This document shows, one piece after another, positions 1-8,051 of a DNA stretch of 64,000 nt; positions within the stretch are counted from its first letter, which is position 1; each line of letters begins with the position of its first letter. Both the position numbers and the translations under genes were made by a program. Source of the stretch: Deltaproteobacteria bacterium. Its GTDB lineage: Bacteria; Myxococcota_A; UBA796; UBA2385. Below the pieces are notes generated by a model, which made no database searches, was not told where the DNA came from, and was given only the letters and a program-made list of their open reading frames with translations. The DNA lies in assembly GCA_016792625.1 (NCBI GenBank), contig JAEUKK010000059.1:32210-96209 (forward strand). Reading direction: 5' to 3'.

Positions 1-61
1 TGCCGCTGCCCCCACCCGTCACGAGGGCGCGCGCGCCCACCAAGGGCAATCGACCGGCCAT
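1..61 (-). CDS. 5' end of a short-chain dehydrogenase/reductase (SDR)-like gene; the rest lies outside the window
   Basis: Not in the ORF track because it runs off the edge. The reverse strand reads GGAGGGGAG then ATG (59-61) and translates MAGRLPLVGARALVTGGGSG. That is a Shine-Dalgarno followed by the TGxxxGxG Rossmann motif of SDRs. Only 20 codons are visible. Confidence 0.45.
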   Translation of the reverse strand, partial: MAGRLPLVGARALVTGGGSG

Positions 62-140
62 CTCCCCTCCCCGCGGCGGCTCGCGCCGCCGACCGCGCAG
101 GGCTAGCCGAGCCCCCTCCCCTGCGCCCACCGGTCCGCCG

Positions 141-959
141 ATGCCCCCGCTCCCGCCCGCTGCCCTGTGCGCGCAGCTCGGCCCGCCCCCCTGGGCGCAG
201 ACCGCGCTCAGCCCGCGCACCACCCGCTGGACCGGGCCCGCGGGCAGCCTCATCGCGCGCCGCCCCGACAGCGCGCGCAAGGCCCAACAAGAGGCCGCCG
301 CCCTGCGCGCCTGGGGCATGGCCGCCCGCGGGCCCGCCCTGCTGCAGGCCGATCCCGAGGTGCTGTGGCTCGAAGACCTGCCCGGGCGCCCGGGCGCGGC
401 CACCGATCCGCCGGCCACGATGCGCGCGCTGGGCGCCGCCTGTGCCGGGCTGGATCGCGGTGCGGCTCCGCCTGATCCCCTCCCCCTCGACGCCGCGTTG
501 GCCCGGCGGGCCGCGGCGCTGACCGGGGGCGCCGCCGCGGCGCTGCTGCAAGGCTGCGATTGGGCCGCGTGGGCCGGCTGGCCGCGCTGGCCCCAGCACC
601 GCGACTTGGCGCCCCGCAACTGGCTGGTCACCGAAGATGGCGTGCACCTCGTTGACTTCGAGCACGCGCGCCCCGACGCCCCAGGAACAGACGCGGCCCG
701 GCTCTGGCTCGAGCTGCGGCTGGCGCTCGACCGCTCCGAAGCTGACGCGGCGCTGCAGGACTGGGAGGCCGGGCGGCGCGCCGCCGGGGGGCCGGCCCTG
801 CCGCCGACGCCCATGTTGCGCGACCTCTGTCGGCTGGCCGCCGCCGCAACCCTGCGCTGGGCCGAACGCCACGACGACCCCGCGTTCACACAACGGGGCG
901 AGGCCTGGGCGAAGCTGCTGCAGGCGGGCGAAGCGCCGCCCACGCTGACCGGTGCTTAG
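141..959 (+). CDS. Protein-kinase-like (APH/ePK fold) phosphotransferase, substrate unknown
   Basis: 272-aa ORF with catalytic loop HRDLAPRNWLV and a downstream LVDFEHA (metal-binding Asp, DFG equivalent). Third codon positions are strongly G/C. Confidence 0.65.
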   Translation: MPPLPPAALCAQLGPPPWAQTALSPRTTRWTGPAGSLIARRPDSARKAQQEAAALRAWGMAARGPALLQADPEVLWLEDLPGRPGAATDPPATMRALGAACAGLDRGAAPPDPLPLDAALARRAAALTGGAAAALLQGCDWAAWAGWPRWPQHRDLAPRNWLVTEDGVHLVDFEHARPDAPGTDAARLWLELRLALDRSEADAALQDWEAGRRAAGGPALPPTPMLRDLCRLAAAATLRWAERHDDPAFTQRGEAWAKLLQAGEAPPTLTGA

Positions 960-965
960 CGAAGG

Positions 966-1020
966 TTCAGCGGAGCTTCAGCGGGCGTTCCGCGGGCGTT
1001 CAGCGGACGTTCAGAGGGCC
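966..1020. repeat. Five tandem 11-bp units: TTCAGCGGAGC, TTCAGCGGGCG, TTCCGCGGGCG, TTCAGCGGACG, TTCAGAGGGCC
   Basis: Read directly between the convergent stops at 957-959 (+) and 1011-1013 (-). The last unit plus following bases forms a GTTCAG-AGGGC-CTGAAC hairpin (1009-1025). Confidence 0.8.
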
Positions 1021-1472
1021 TGAACGCCCACCGCCACGTCAATCTCGGGGCGGTCGGCGCAGGCGGTGCCATCCTGGCACAGCGCCCACTGGCCCTTGCC
1101 GACGGCGAGGCGCACGGGCGCGCCGATCATCGGGCTGAGGTCGGACGCGCCGCCGGGGCAGAGCTCGGCGCCGCCGTAGATGCTCTCTTCGCCGCCGCCG
1201 CGGGCGTAGCTGAGGATGCAGCCGCCGCGGCTGGGCTCGAGGCGGAGCAGCACCGGGTCGGCGCCCTGGGCGAGGCTGGGCGGCAGGTCGCTGATGGTCA
1301 TGGGGCGGCGGGCCGCGTCGCCTTCTGCGGGCGCCTCGGCCTCGCTGCGGTGCACCGCGTCGACCGCCCCCGCGCCGGGGCCGGCGCCCTGGTCATCGCA
1401 GCCGACACCAGCGGCGCAGAGCAACCACAGGGAGGCCATTTTCATCGAGGCAGAGAAGCGGGCGGCGATCAT
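1011..1472 (-). CDS. Small secreted protein or probable lipoprotein, unknown function
   Basis: 153-aa ORF. The N-terminus MIAARFSASMKMASLWLLCAAGVGCDD looks like a signal peptide with Cys. GGAG lies 5 nt upstream of the ATG at 1470-1472. The mature part has four more Cys. Confidence 0.65.
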   Translation of the reverse strand: MIAARFSASMKMASLWLLCAAGVGCDDQGAGPGAGAVDAVHRSEAEAPAEGDAARRPMTISDLPPSLAQGADPVLLRLEPSRGGCILSYARGGGEESIYGGAELCPGGASDLSPMIGAPVRLAVGKGQWALCQDGTACADRPEIDVAVGVQAL

Positions 1473-1572
1473 GGGAGCTCCGGGGGCCGAGGGTCTTTGT
1501 CAGGATACCGCAAGCGGCCCTGCGCGGAGCGGCGACGACCTGCGCGGCCCGCGGAATTTGCGCTGCTGGCCC

Positions 1573-2865
1573 TCAGAAGTGCAGGACCGCGCCGGGCCAG
1601 CCGAGCTCGACGCCGAGCACCACGCCCTCGGGCAGGCCCTGGTCGAGCAAGAACAGCGCGCGCAGGCCCACCCCCGCAAAGGCCACCCGGCCATAGACTC
1701 CGGGGCTGACCAGGGCCGCGGTGGGCAGCACGGTCCAGGTGCCCTGCTCGGCGTCAAAGTCAGCGGTCCACCCCTCGAGGGCCCAGACCCCGCCGCCGGC
1801 CTCGAGGCTCAGGTGCGTGAGCCCCCGCCCAAAACCCTGGCGCAGCCCGAGGCCGCCGCCGGCCGAGAGGCCGCGGCCCAGGCCCTGCTCCAAGGCGAGG
1901 CCCCGCGCACCCGAGCTGAGGCGCAGCTCGCCGTGCAGGGCGAGGTGGTCGCGGAGCACGACGCCGAGGCGCCCCATCGTGCTGGTCGCCGTGTCGACGG
2001 CGAAGGGGGTGGTCAGGGCCACGCCGAGCTCGACCTGCCCGCCCAGCGGCCCCAGGCGCACCTTGTCGCGCGGGAGCTCGTCGAGCAGGGCGTTGGGCAC
2101 GAAGAAGGCGATGTTGTCGCCGCCGAGCTTGCGCGAGACCACGCCGAGCATGCGGCCCTCGGCGTCGACCACCGGGCCCCCCGAATTGCCCGGGTTCAAG
2201 GCGGCGTCGGTCTGGACGAGCCGCGCGCCCACCGCGCTGATGATGCCCTCGGACACGCTCCACAGCAGCACGCCGTCCATCGGCGCGCTGCGCTGGGCGG
2301 CGGGGGCATAGGGGTGGCCGAGGCCGTAGACCCGCTCACCCCGCTGGGCCGGGGCCCGGCGCATGGGCAGCGGTGTGACCACGCCGGCCAGCTCGGGAAC
2401 GGCGATCAGCGCGAGGTCCTCGCGGGGGTCAGCGGCGATGGTGCGCCCGGTGTGCTCGGTGCCATCGCGCAGGCGCACCCGCGGCCGCTGCCCGCCCGAC
2501 ACGCAGTGGTAGGCGGTGGCGATGGTCCCCTGCGCGTCGATCACCGCGCCTGAGCACCAGCCCGGGCCGGTGACCAGGAGCACCACGCTGTCGAGCCAGC
2601 GCTCCACCGGCGGGACCACCGGCAGCACCTCGGCTGCGCCGGCGCTGTCGGCGGTGGCGGCTGGCCCCGCTGCGGACTCGGGCTCGGGCGGGGGCTCGAC
2701 CGCTGGCGCCGCGACGGGCACGGCCTCAGGCGCCGGGCCGCCGGGCGGCGACGCGGGGAGCTCATCGGCCACAGCGGCCCCGACGGGCAGGAGCAGGCCA
2801 AGGCCGAGCAGGAGGTGGGGGACCCGGCGCCACAGCGACCGGCGTGGGGGTCGGGGCACCAGCAC
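1573..2865 (-). CDS. Trypsin-like (S1/HtrA-type) serine protease with signal peptide, no PDZ domain, and a C-terminal beta-barrel-like domain
   Basis: 430-aa ORF. Signal peptide RRVPHLLLGLGLLLPVGAAVA is followed by a Pro/Ala linker. The triad context is TAYHCV (His), REDLALIAV (Asp) and GNSGGPVVD (Ser). The last ~190 aa show alternating hydrophobic/Gly-rich strands and end in GAVLHF (terminal aromatic). Confidence 0.8.
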   Translation of the reverse strand: MLVPRPPRRSLWRRVPHLLLGLGLLLPVGAAVADELPASPPGGPAPEAVPVAAPAVEPPPEPESAAGPAATADSAGAAEVLPVVPPVERWLDSVVLLVTGPGWCSGAVIDAQGTIATAYHCVSGGQRPRVRLRDGTEHTGRTIAADPREDLALIAVPELAGVVTPLPMRRAPAQRGERVYGLGHPYAPAAQRSAPMDGVLLWSVSEGIISAVGARLVQTDAALNPGNSGGPVVDAEGRMLGVVSRKLGGDNIAFFVPNALLDELPRDKVRLGPLGGQVELGVALTTPFAVDTATSTMGRLGVVLRDHLALHGELRLSSGARGLALEQGLGRGLSAGGGLGLRQGFGRGLTHLSLEAGGGVWALEGWTADFDAEQGTWTVLPTAALVSPGVYGRVAFAGVGLRALFLLDQGLPEGVVLGVELGWPGAVLHF

Positions 2866-2928
2866 CTCCGCGGTGGGCGGAGGTTATCCCGCCCAGCGCC
2901 GCGCCCCGCGCGCCGCCCGAGCCGACCC

Positions 2929-3762
2929 ATGCACCTGCCCCGCCGCCTGCTCCTCCTCCCCCTCCTGCTCGTTGCGCCGGCCTGCGACCCGCCCGCCGAC
3001 GAGCGCCTGAGCGCGCCGCCCGCGCCGGTGACCGAGGCCCCGCCGCCGGCCGAAGCCGACGCCGCCCAGGTCGATCTGCCGCCCCCGCCGGCCGAGGCCC
3101 CCGGCGGCCTGCCCGCGGGCGCGCCCGACCGCATCCTGGCCCGGCACCTGCTCATCGCCTACGACGGCGCGCTGGGCGCTCCGGCCACCCAGCGCCGCAC
3201 CCAGGCCGAGGCCTTGGCCAAGGCCACCGATCTGCACCAAAAGCTCGTCGCTGGGGCTGACTTCGCGGGGCTAGCCAGGGCCTCGTCCGACGACGGCAGC
3301 GGGCCCAAGGGCGGCGAGCTCGGCGTGGTCACGCCCGGCATGATGACCCCCGCCTTTGAGCAAGCCGCCTTCGCCCTCGCTGAGGGCCAGCTCAGCGGCG
3401 TGGTCGAGACGCCGTTTGGCTACCACATCATCCGCCGCGACCCTCTGGTCGAGGTGCAGCTGAGCCAGGTGCTGGTCCAGTGGGCCGGCCTGCCCCGCAG
3501 CAGCGCCAAGCGCAGCAAAGACGAAGCGCGGGCCCAGGCCGAGCAGGCCCGCGCGCGCCTCAGCGCCGGGGAGCCTGTGGCCACCGTGGTCGCGGCGCTC
3601 TCGGACGGCCCGATGAAGGAGCGGGGCGGCGACCTCGGCTTCTTCCAAAAGGGCACGCTGCAGCCGGCGCTCGAGGGCCCGGCCTTCAGCCTGCCTGTGG
3701 GCGGGGTCTCGGCGGTGGTCGAGAGCGCCCACGGCTTCCACGTGCTGGTCCGCACCCGCTGA
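2929..3762 (+). CDS. Parvulin-type peptidyl-prolyl cis-trans isomerase lipoprotein with two parvulin domains
   Basis: The track ORF starts at 2815. I prefer the ATG at 2929, which gives MHLPRRLLLLPLLLVAPAC (lipobox). Two parvulin signatures are present: ETPFGYHIIRR and ESAHGFHVLVR, each preceded by a GGELG/GGDLG stretch. Confidence 0.85.
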   Translation: MHLPRRLLLLPLLLVAPACDPPADERLSAPPAPVTEAPPPAEADAAQVDLPPPPAEAPGGLPAGAPDRILARHLLIAYDGALGAPATQRRTQAEALAKATDLHQKLVAGADFAGLARASSDDGSGPKGGELGVVTPGMMTPAFEQAAFALAEGQLSGVVETPFGYHIIRRDPLVEVQLSQVLVQWAGLPRSSAKRSKDEARAQAEQARARLSAGEPVATVVAALSDGPMKERGGDLGFFQKGTLQPALEGPAFSLPVGGVSAVVESAHGFHVLVRTR

Positions 3763-3794
3763 GGCGGCGGGCCGCAGCCCCCACCGCTCTGGGC

Positions 3795-4406
3795 TTAGAG
3801 CGCCGCCTCGATCGCCGCGCGGATCGCCGTGTCCTCGGCGGGGGTGACCTGGTCGACGAGCACCCGCATGTCGCGCCCGACGATCATGATGCGCGGGTAG
3901 GTGTTGTCGGGCACGATCTGGTAGGACCAGCCCTCGTCATCGCTCAGCACCGGCGCGCTGATGCCGAACTGGTCGGCCCAGGCGTTCAGGTCGGCGTTGT
4001 CGGGCACCTCGCCGGCCTGGTCCTGCGGCAGCAGGGTCACGTACATAAAACCTTGGTCGCGGTAGTCGGCCCAGGTGGCGTCGACCTCGGCGGCGAGCCC
4101 GCGGCAGGGGCCGCACCACATCGTCGAGACGTCGATGGCCACGACCATCCCGTACCACTGCCAGGTGGCGGTCTCTTCGCCGTGCTGGTCGAGCAGCCGC
4201 AAGTCGGGCAGCACCTGCCCGACGCCAAAGCCCTCACCTTCCAGCTCGGCGGGCGGCGGGGAGCCCTTGTCCCACCCGTTCTCGGGCGCCTCCCAGTCGG
4301 AGCCCGAACCGACCTCGGGCAGGTCGCCGTCGGCGCTGTAGAGCCGGGGCGGAGCGCAGGCGGCGAGCAGCGCGAGCGGAGCGGCGAGGGAGAGGTGGCG
4401 CGGCAT
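3795..4406 (-). CDS. TlpA/ResA-like thiol-disulfide oxidoreductase lipoprotein (thioredoxin fold)
   Basis: The track ORF extends to 4529. The ATG at 4404-4406 gives MPRHLSLAAPLALLAAC (lipobox). The active-site motif WCGPC is present (STMWCGPCRGLA). Confidence 0.8.
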   Translation of the reverse strand: MPRHLSLAAPLALLAACAPPRLYSADGDLPEVGSGSDWEAPENGWDKGSPPPAELEGEGFGVGQVLPDLRLLDQHGEETATWQWYGMVVAIDVSTMWCGPCRGLAAEVDATWADYRDQGFMYVTLLPQDQAGEVPDNADLNAWADQFGISAPVLSDDEGWSYQIVPDNTYPRIMIVGRDMRVLVDQVTPAEDTAIRAAIEAAL

Positions 4407-4550
4407 GTGACCTCCGGCGGAGATGGGCATCGGCGCGGAGTGTAGCCCAACCTCGGCCCCGGCGGCGCGGTAGCCACGGGGAGGCAACGGGCTACACCGG
4501 CCCGGCGCCGGGCGCGGGCCCGGCCTCACCCCTCACTCCCCCGAGCGCCC

Positions 4551-5870
4551 ATGTCCGAGACCCCTCCCCTGCGCCGAGACCAGCTCGTCGAGAGCTACGC
4601 CCGCTACGGCGCCCCCGCGGATCGCTGGCTCATCGGGGGGGAGTTTGAGCGGGCCGTGGTGCGGCCCGACGGCGCGCCGATCGCCTACGACGACGACGAC
4701 GGCATCCGCTGGATCTTGGAGCAGCTCGGCGCGGGCGACCCGAGCTGGGCCCCCTACGAAGAGGCCGGGCACCTCATCGCACTGCTCCGCAAGAACGGCG
4801 CCAGCATCACGCTCGAGCCCGGCGGCCAGGTCGAGCTCAGCGGGGCGCCCCACCGCAAGCTCTCCGACCTCGCCGCCGAGGTGCGCGAGAACCGGGCCCA
4901 CCTGCTGGCCCTCTCCGCCGGCAAGGCCCACCGGTGGATCGCCGCGGGCCTGACCCCCTACGCCCCGATCGACGCGGTCCACTGGATGCCCAAGGGCCGC
5001 TACAAGGTGATGCGCGAGTATCTGCCCCAGTTCGGCGATCTCGCGCACGCGATGATGAAGGGCACCTGCTCGGTGCAGGCCAACTTCGACTACGCCGACG
5101 AGGCCGACTGCGCCGACAAGGTGCGGCTCTGCGCCGGCGTGGCCCCGCTCACCACGGCCATCTTCTCGAACTCGCCGCTGCTGGCCGGCCAAGACACGGG
5201 CTACCTCAGCTACCGTGGCCACATCTGGACGCGCACCGACCCGGCCCGCACCGGCTTCCCTCCGGGCCTGCGCGACGACTACAGCCACGAGCGCTGGGTC
5301 GACTATCTCCTTGATGTCCCCATGATGTTCTACAAGAAGGGGAAGGACTGGGCCCCCGCGCACGGCCGCACCTTCCGCACCTTCATGGACGAGGGCATCG
5401 ACGGGCAGCGCGCCGGCTGGCCGGACTGGGAGCTGCACCAGACCAGCGTCTTCCCCGAGGTCCGGGTCAAGCGCACCATCGAGGTGCGCGGGGCCGACTG
5501 CGTCGACATTGACCTCTCCATCGCCTTCTGCGCCTTCTTCACCGGCCTGCTCTATGACCGGGCCGCGCTCGACCAAGGCCTCGCCTTGGCCGCCGAGCTC
5601 GGCCGCGCCGGCACGCGCGAGGCCCGCTTCGACGCCGCCTGCCGCGCGGGCATGGGCGGAGAGGCGGGCGGGCGCACGCTCGGCGCCTGGGCGCAGGACC
5701 TCATGGCCATCGCGACCGCGGGCCTCGGCCGGTGGAGCCCCGCCGATCTGCCCCTGCTCGATCCGCTGCGCGCGCGGGTCGAGGCCGCGCGCAGCCCGGC
5801 GGTCGACCTGCTCGAGGCTTGGCGGCGCGACCCCTCTCCGGGCAACGTTCTCGCGGCCTGCGCCTACTGA
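4551..5870 (+). CDS. gshA: Glutamate--cysteine ligase, plant/alpha-proteobacterial type (GCS2 family)
   Basis: 439-aa ORF with long collinear similarity, from memory, to plant-type GCL. Matching blocks include ITLEPGGQVELSGAP, MPKGRYKVMREY, TCSVQANFDY, HIWTRTDPARTG and VFPEVRVKRTIEVRGAD. Confidence 0.8.
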   Translation: MSETPPLRRDQLVESYARYGAPADRWLIGGEFERAVVRPDGAPIAYDDDDGIRWILEQLGAGDPSWAPYEEAGHLIALLRKNGASITLEPGGQVELSGAPHRKLSDLAAEVRENRAHLLALSAGKAHRWIAAGLTPYAPIDAVHWMPKGRYKVMREYLPQFGDLAHAMMKGTCSVQANFDYADEADCADKVRLCAGVAPLTTAIFSNSPLLAGQDTGYLSYRGHIWTRTDPARTGFPPGLRDDYSHERWVDYLLDVPMMFYKKGKDWAPAHGRTFRTFMDEGIDGQRAGWPDWELHQTSVFPEVRVKRTIEVRGADCVDIDLSIAFCAFFTGLLYDRAALDQGLALAAELGRAGTREARFDAACRAGMGGEAGGRTLGAWAQDLMAIATAGLGRWSPADLPLLDPLRARVEAARSPAVDLLEAWRRDPSPGNVLAACAY

Positions 5871-5982
5871 GCGCGCTCCGGCCGCGCTCTCCCGGGCTGC
5901 GGTCCCCCCGGCCGCTGCGGGCCGCGGGTCAGTTGCGGTCAAGGTCCGCCGGACTGATCCGAAGCAGCCGCCGGAGGACGGG

Positions 5983-7143
5983 ATGCCGCTGAAGCTGATG
6001 TTGGCGGGGATGAACGAGGCCGACGCGCGCAGCCTGCGCCAAGCGGTCGCCGACATCGCACACGACGCCGGGTACCTGCGCGACTGGACCCAGCTTGAGG
6101 CGGCCTGCAAGCAGGCCCGCCCCGACTTGGTGGCCATCGACATCGACCAGCGGCCCGGTCAGGTCATCGCTTTGGTGAAGCGGACGCGGGCCATGTCGCC
6201 GGGCGTCGCCTTCCTGGCCGTCTCTGCCGAGCCGCCGAACGCCGCGCTGGTGCGCGAGCTGACCGAGGCCGGCATGAGCGATCTCGTGCTGCTCAGCGAG
6301 GGGCCGGGCGACCTGCGCCGGGCGCTGCGGGCCGCCTCCAGCCGCGAGCGCGCGCCGACCCTCGACGGCGAGGTCATCGCGATGCTCGGCGCCAAGGGGG
6401 GCGTCGGCACCACCTTGGTGGCGGCGAACCTCGCCGGCGAGCTGGCCGCGCGCCAAGCCGACCGCAAGGTCATCCTCGTCGACCTGCACGTCTTTTTGGG
6501 CGATGTGGCGACCGTGCTCGACGTGGCGCCCCGGCCCAGCGTGCTCTGGTTTTTGCAGCGGGGCGCGGTGGCCGACCCCCGCACCTGGTCCGAGGCGCCG
6601 CCCACCCACGCCGCCGGCTTCCGCGTGCTCGGCCTCGACGGTGACGTGGCCACGGTCGACCCGGTGAGCGCCGAGCAGGTCGTCTTCCTCTGCGCCAAGC
6701 TCCGCGACCGCTACCACACGGTCATCCTCGATCTGGGCAGTGATATCAACGAGGTGACCCTCGCCGCCTGCAGCGTGGCCCAGCAACGGGTGCTCGTGCT
6801 GACCGACGAGCACGCCGCCCGCAGCGGGGCGATCCGTCGACGGGACGCGCTGCGCGCGCTCGACCTGGGCCCCGCGCCGACCCGGGTGATCTTGAACCGG
6901 GCGCAGGACTGGGGCCCCGCCGCGCAGGAGCGGCTCGAAAAGGCCGTGGGCATGCCCGCCCTCGGCGCGGTCACCAACGCCTGGCAGGACATGCAGCTCG
7001 CCATGGAGCGCGGCCAGGTGCTGCGCCAATGCGCGCCGAAGTCGCCCGCGGCCCGCGATCTCGGCCGCATCGCCGACACCCTCGGCGGCGTGGCCGCCGA
7101 CGATGACCGGCAAAAGCGCACGTTTTTCAGCTTCTTCCGCTGA
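5983..7143 (+). CDS. CpaE/TadZ-like protein: pseudo-receiver domain plus ParA/MinD-family ATPase
   Basis: The track ORF 5509-7143 is over-extended into gshA. The ATG at 5983 gives MPLKLMLAGMNEADAR. A REC-like N-domain (PDLVAIDID) is followed by the atypical Walker A GAKGGVGTTLVAANLA and DLHVFLGD. Confidence 0.75.
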   Translation: MPLKLMLAGMNEADARSLRQAVADIAHDAGYLRDWTQLEAACKQARPDLVAIDIDQRPGQVIALVKRTRAMSPGVAFLAVSAEPPNAALVRELTEAGMSDLVLLSEGPGDLRRALRAASSRERAPTLDGEVIAMLGAKGGVGTTLVAANLAGELAARQADRKVILVDLHVFLGDVATVLDVAPRPSVLWFLQRGAVADPRTWSEAPPTHAAGFRVLGLDGDVATVDPVSAEQVVFLCAKLRDRYHTVILDLGSDINEVTLAACSVAQQRVLVLTDEHAARSGAIRRRDALRALDLGPAPTRVILNRAQDWGPAAQERLEKAVGMPALGAVTNAWQDMQLAMERGQVLRQCAPKSPAARDLGRIADTLGGVAADDDRQKRTFFSFFR

Positions 7144-7208
7144 GGCGCCCCGCAGGGGGCGAGGGCGCGGCGCGGCGGCGGCCGGTTAGCCCCCCGCCCG
7201 GAGCTGTC

Positions 7209-8051
7209 GTGTCGTTGCACCCCACCGCCATCGTCGACCCCCGCGCCGCGCTGGCCGACGACGTCGAGGTGGGCCCGTGGGCGCAGATCGGCGCCGGGGC
7301 GCAGCTCGGCCAGGGCTGCCGGGTCGGCGCGGGAGTGGTCATCGAGGCCGGCGCAGACCTGGGCCCAGGCGTCGAGATCGGCCACCACAGCGTGATCCAC
7401 GGGGGCACCCGCCTCGGCGCGGGCTGTCAGGTCTTCCCGCAGGTGGTGCTGGGCGCCGCGCCCCAAGATCGGAAGTTCAGCGGTGAGCCCAGCTGGCTTG
7501 AGATCGGCCCAGGCACGGTCTTCCGCGAGTTCAGCACCGCCCACCGGGGCACGGGCGAGGGCGGGCTGACCCGGGTCGGCGCGGGCTGCCTGTTCATGAT
7601 CGGCAGCCACGTGGCCCATGACTGCGTCGTCGAAGACAACGTGGTGATGGCCAATCACGTCGCCCTGGCCGGGCATGTGCAAGTCGGCGCCGGCGCGGTG
7701 CTCGGCGGGCTGAGCGCGGTGCACCAGCACTGCCGCATCGGGCGCCTCGCGATGATCGGCGGCGGCGCGATGGTCGCCGCCGACGTCCCGCCCTTCAGCC
7801 TCGCGCAGGGTGACCGCGCCCGCCTGCTCGGCATCAACCAGGTCGGCCTGCACCGGGCCGGCTGGTCACCGCCGGCCATCCGCGCCCTCGCCGCCGCGTG
7901 GCGGGCGGTCTTCTCGCTCCCCCGTCGCGACGAGGACGGCCTGATGGACGCCTTCTCCGAGGTCCCCGAGCTGCCCGAGCTGCTCGAATTTCGCCGCAGC
8001 AGCGCGCGCGGCCTCTGCCGGATCGGTGGCGCGACGGGCGCGGCCTCATGA
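7209..8051 (+). CDS. lpxA: Acyl-ACP--UDP-N-acetylglucosamine O-acyltransferase
   Basis: GTG start. There are hexapeptide (left-handed beta-helix) repeats throughout. Typical LpxA blocks are IHPTA-like MSLHPTAIVDP, IGSHVAHDCVVEDNVVMANHVALAGHV and the C-terminal helical part GINQVGLHRAG. Confidence 0.9.
   Translation: MSLHPTAIVDPRAALADDVEVGPWAQIGAGAQLGQGCRVGAGVVIEAGADLGPGVEIGHHSVIHGGTRLGAGCQVFPQVVLGAAPQDRKFSGEPSWLEIGPGTVFREFSTAHRGTGEGGLTRVGAGCLFMIGSHVAHDCVVEDNVVMANHVALAGHVQVGAGAVLGGLSAVHQHCRIGRLAMIGGGAMVAADVPPFSLAQGDRARLLGINQVGLHRAGWSPPAIRALAAAWRAVFSLPRRDEDGLMDAFSEVPELPELLEFRRSSARGLCRIGGATGAAS

Noticed and set aside
4533-7113. Minus-strand ORFs 4533-6143 (536 aa) and 5929-7113 (394 aa)
   Set aside because: They are antisense to gshA and the CpaE-like gene. 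The composition is the usual GC-rich mirror-frame type.
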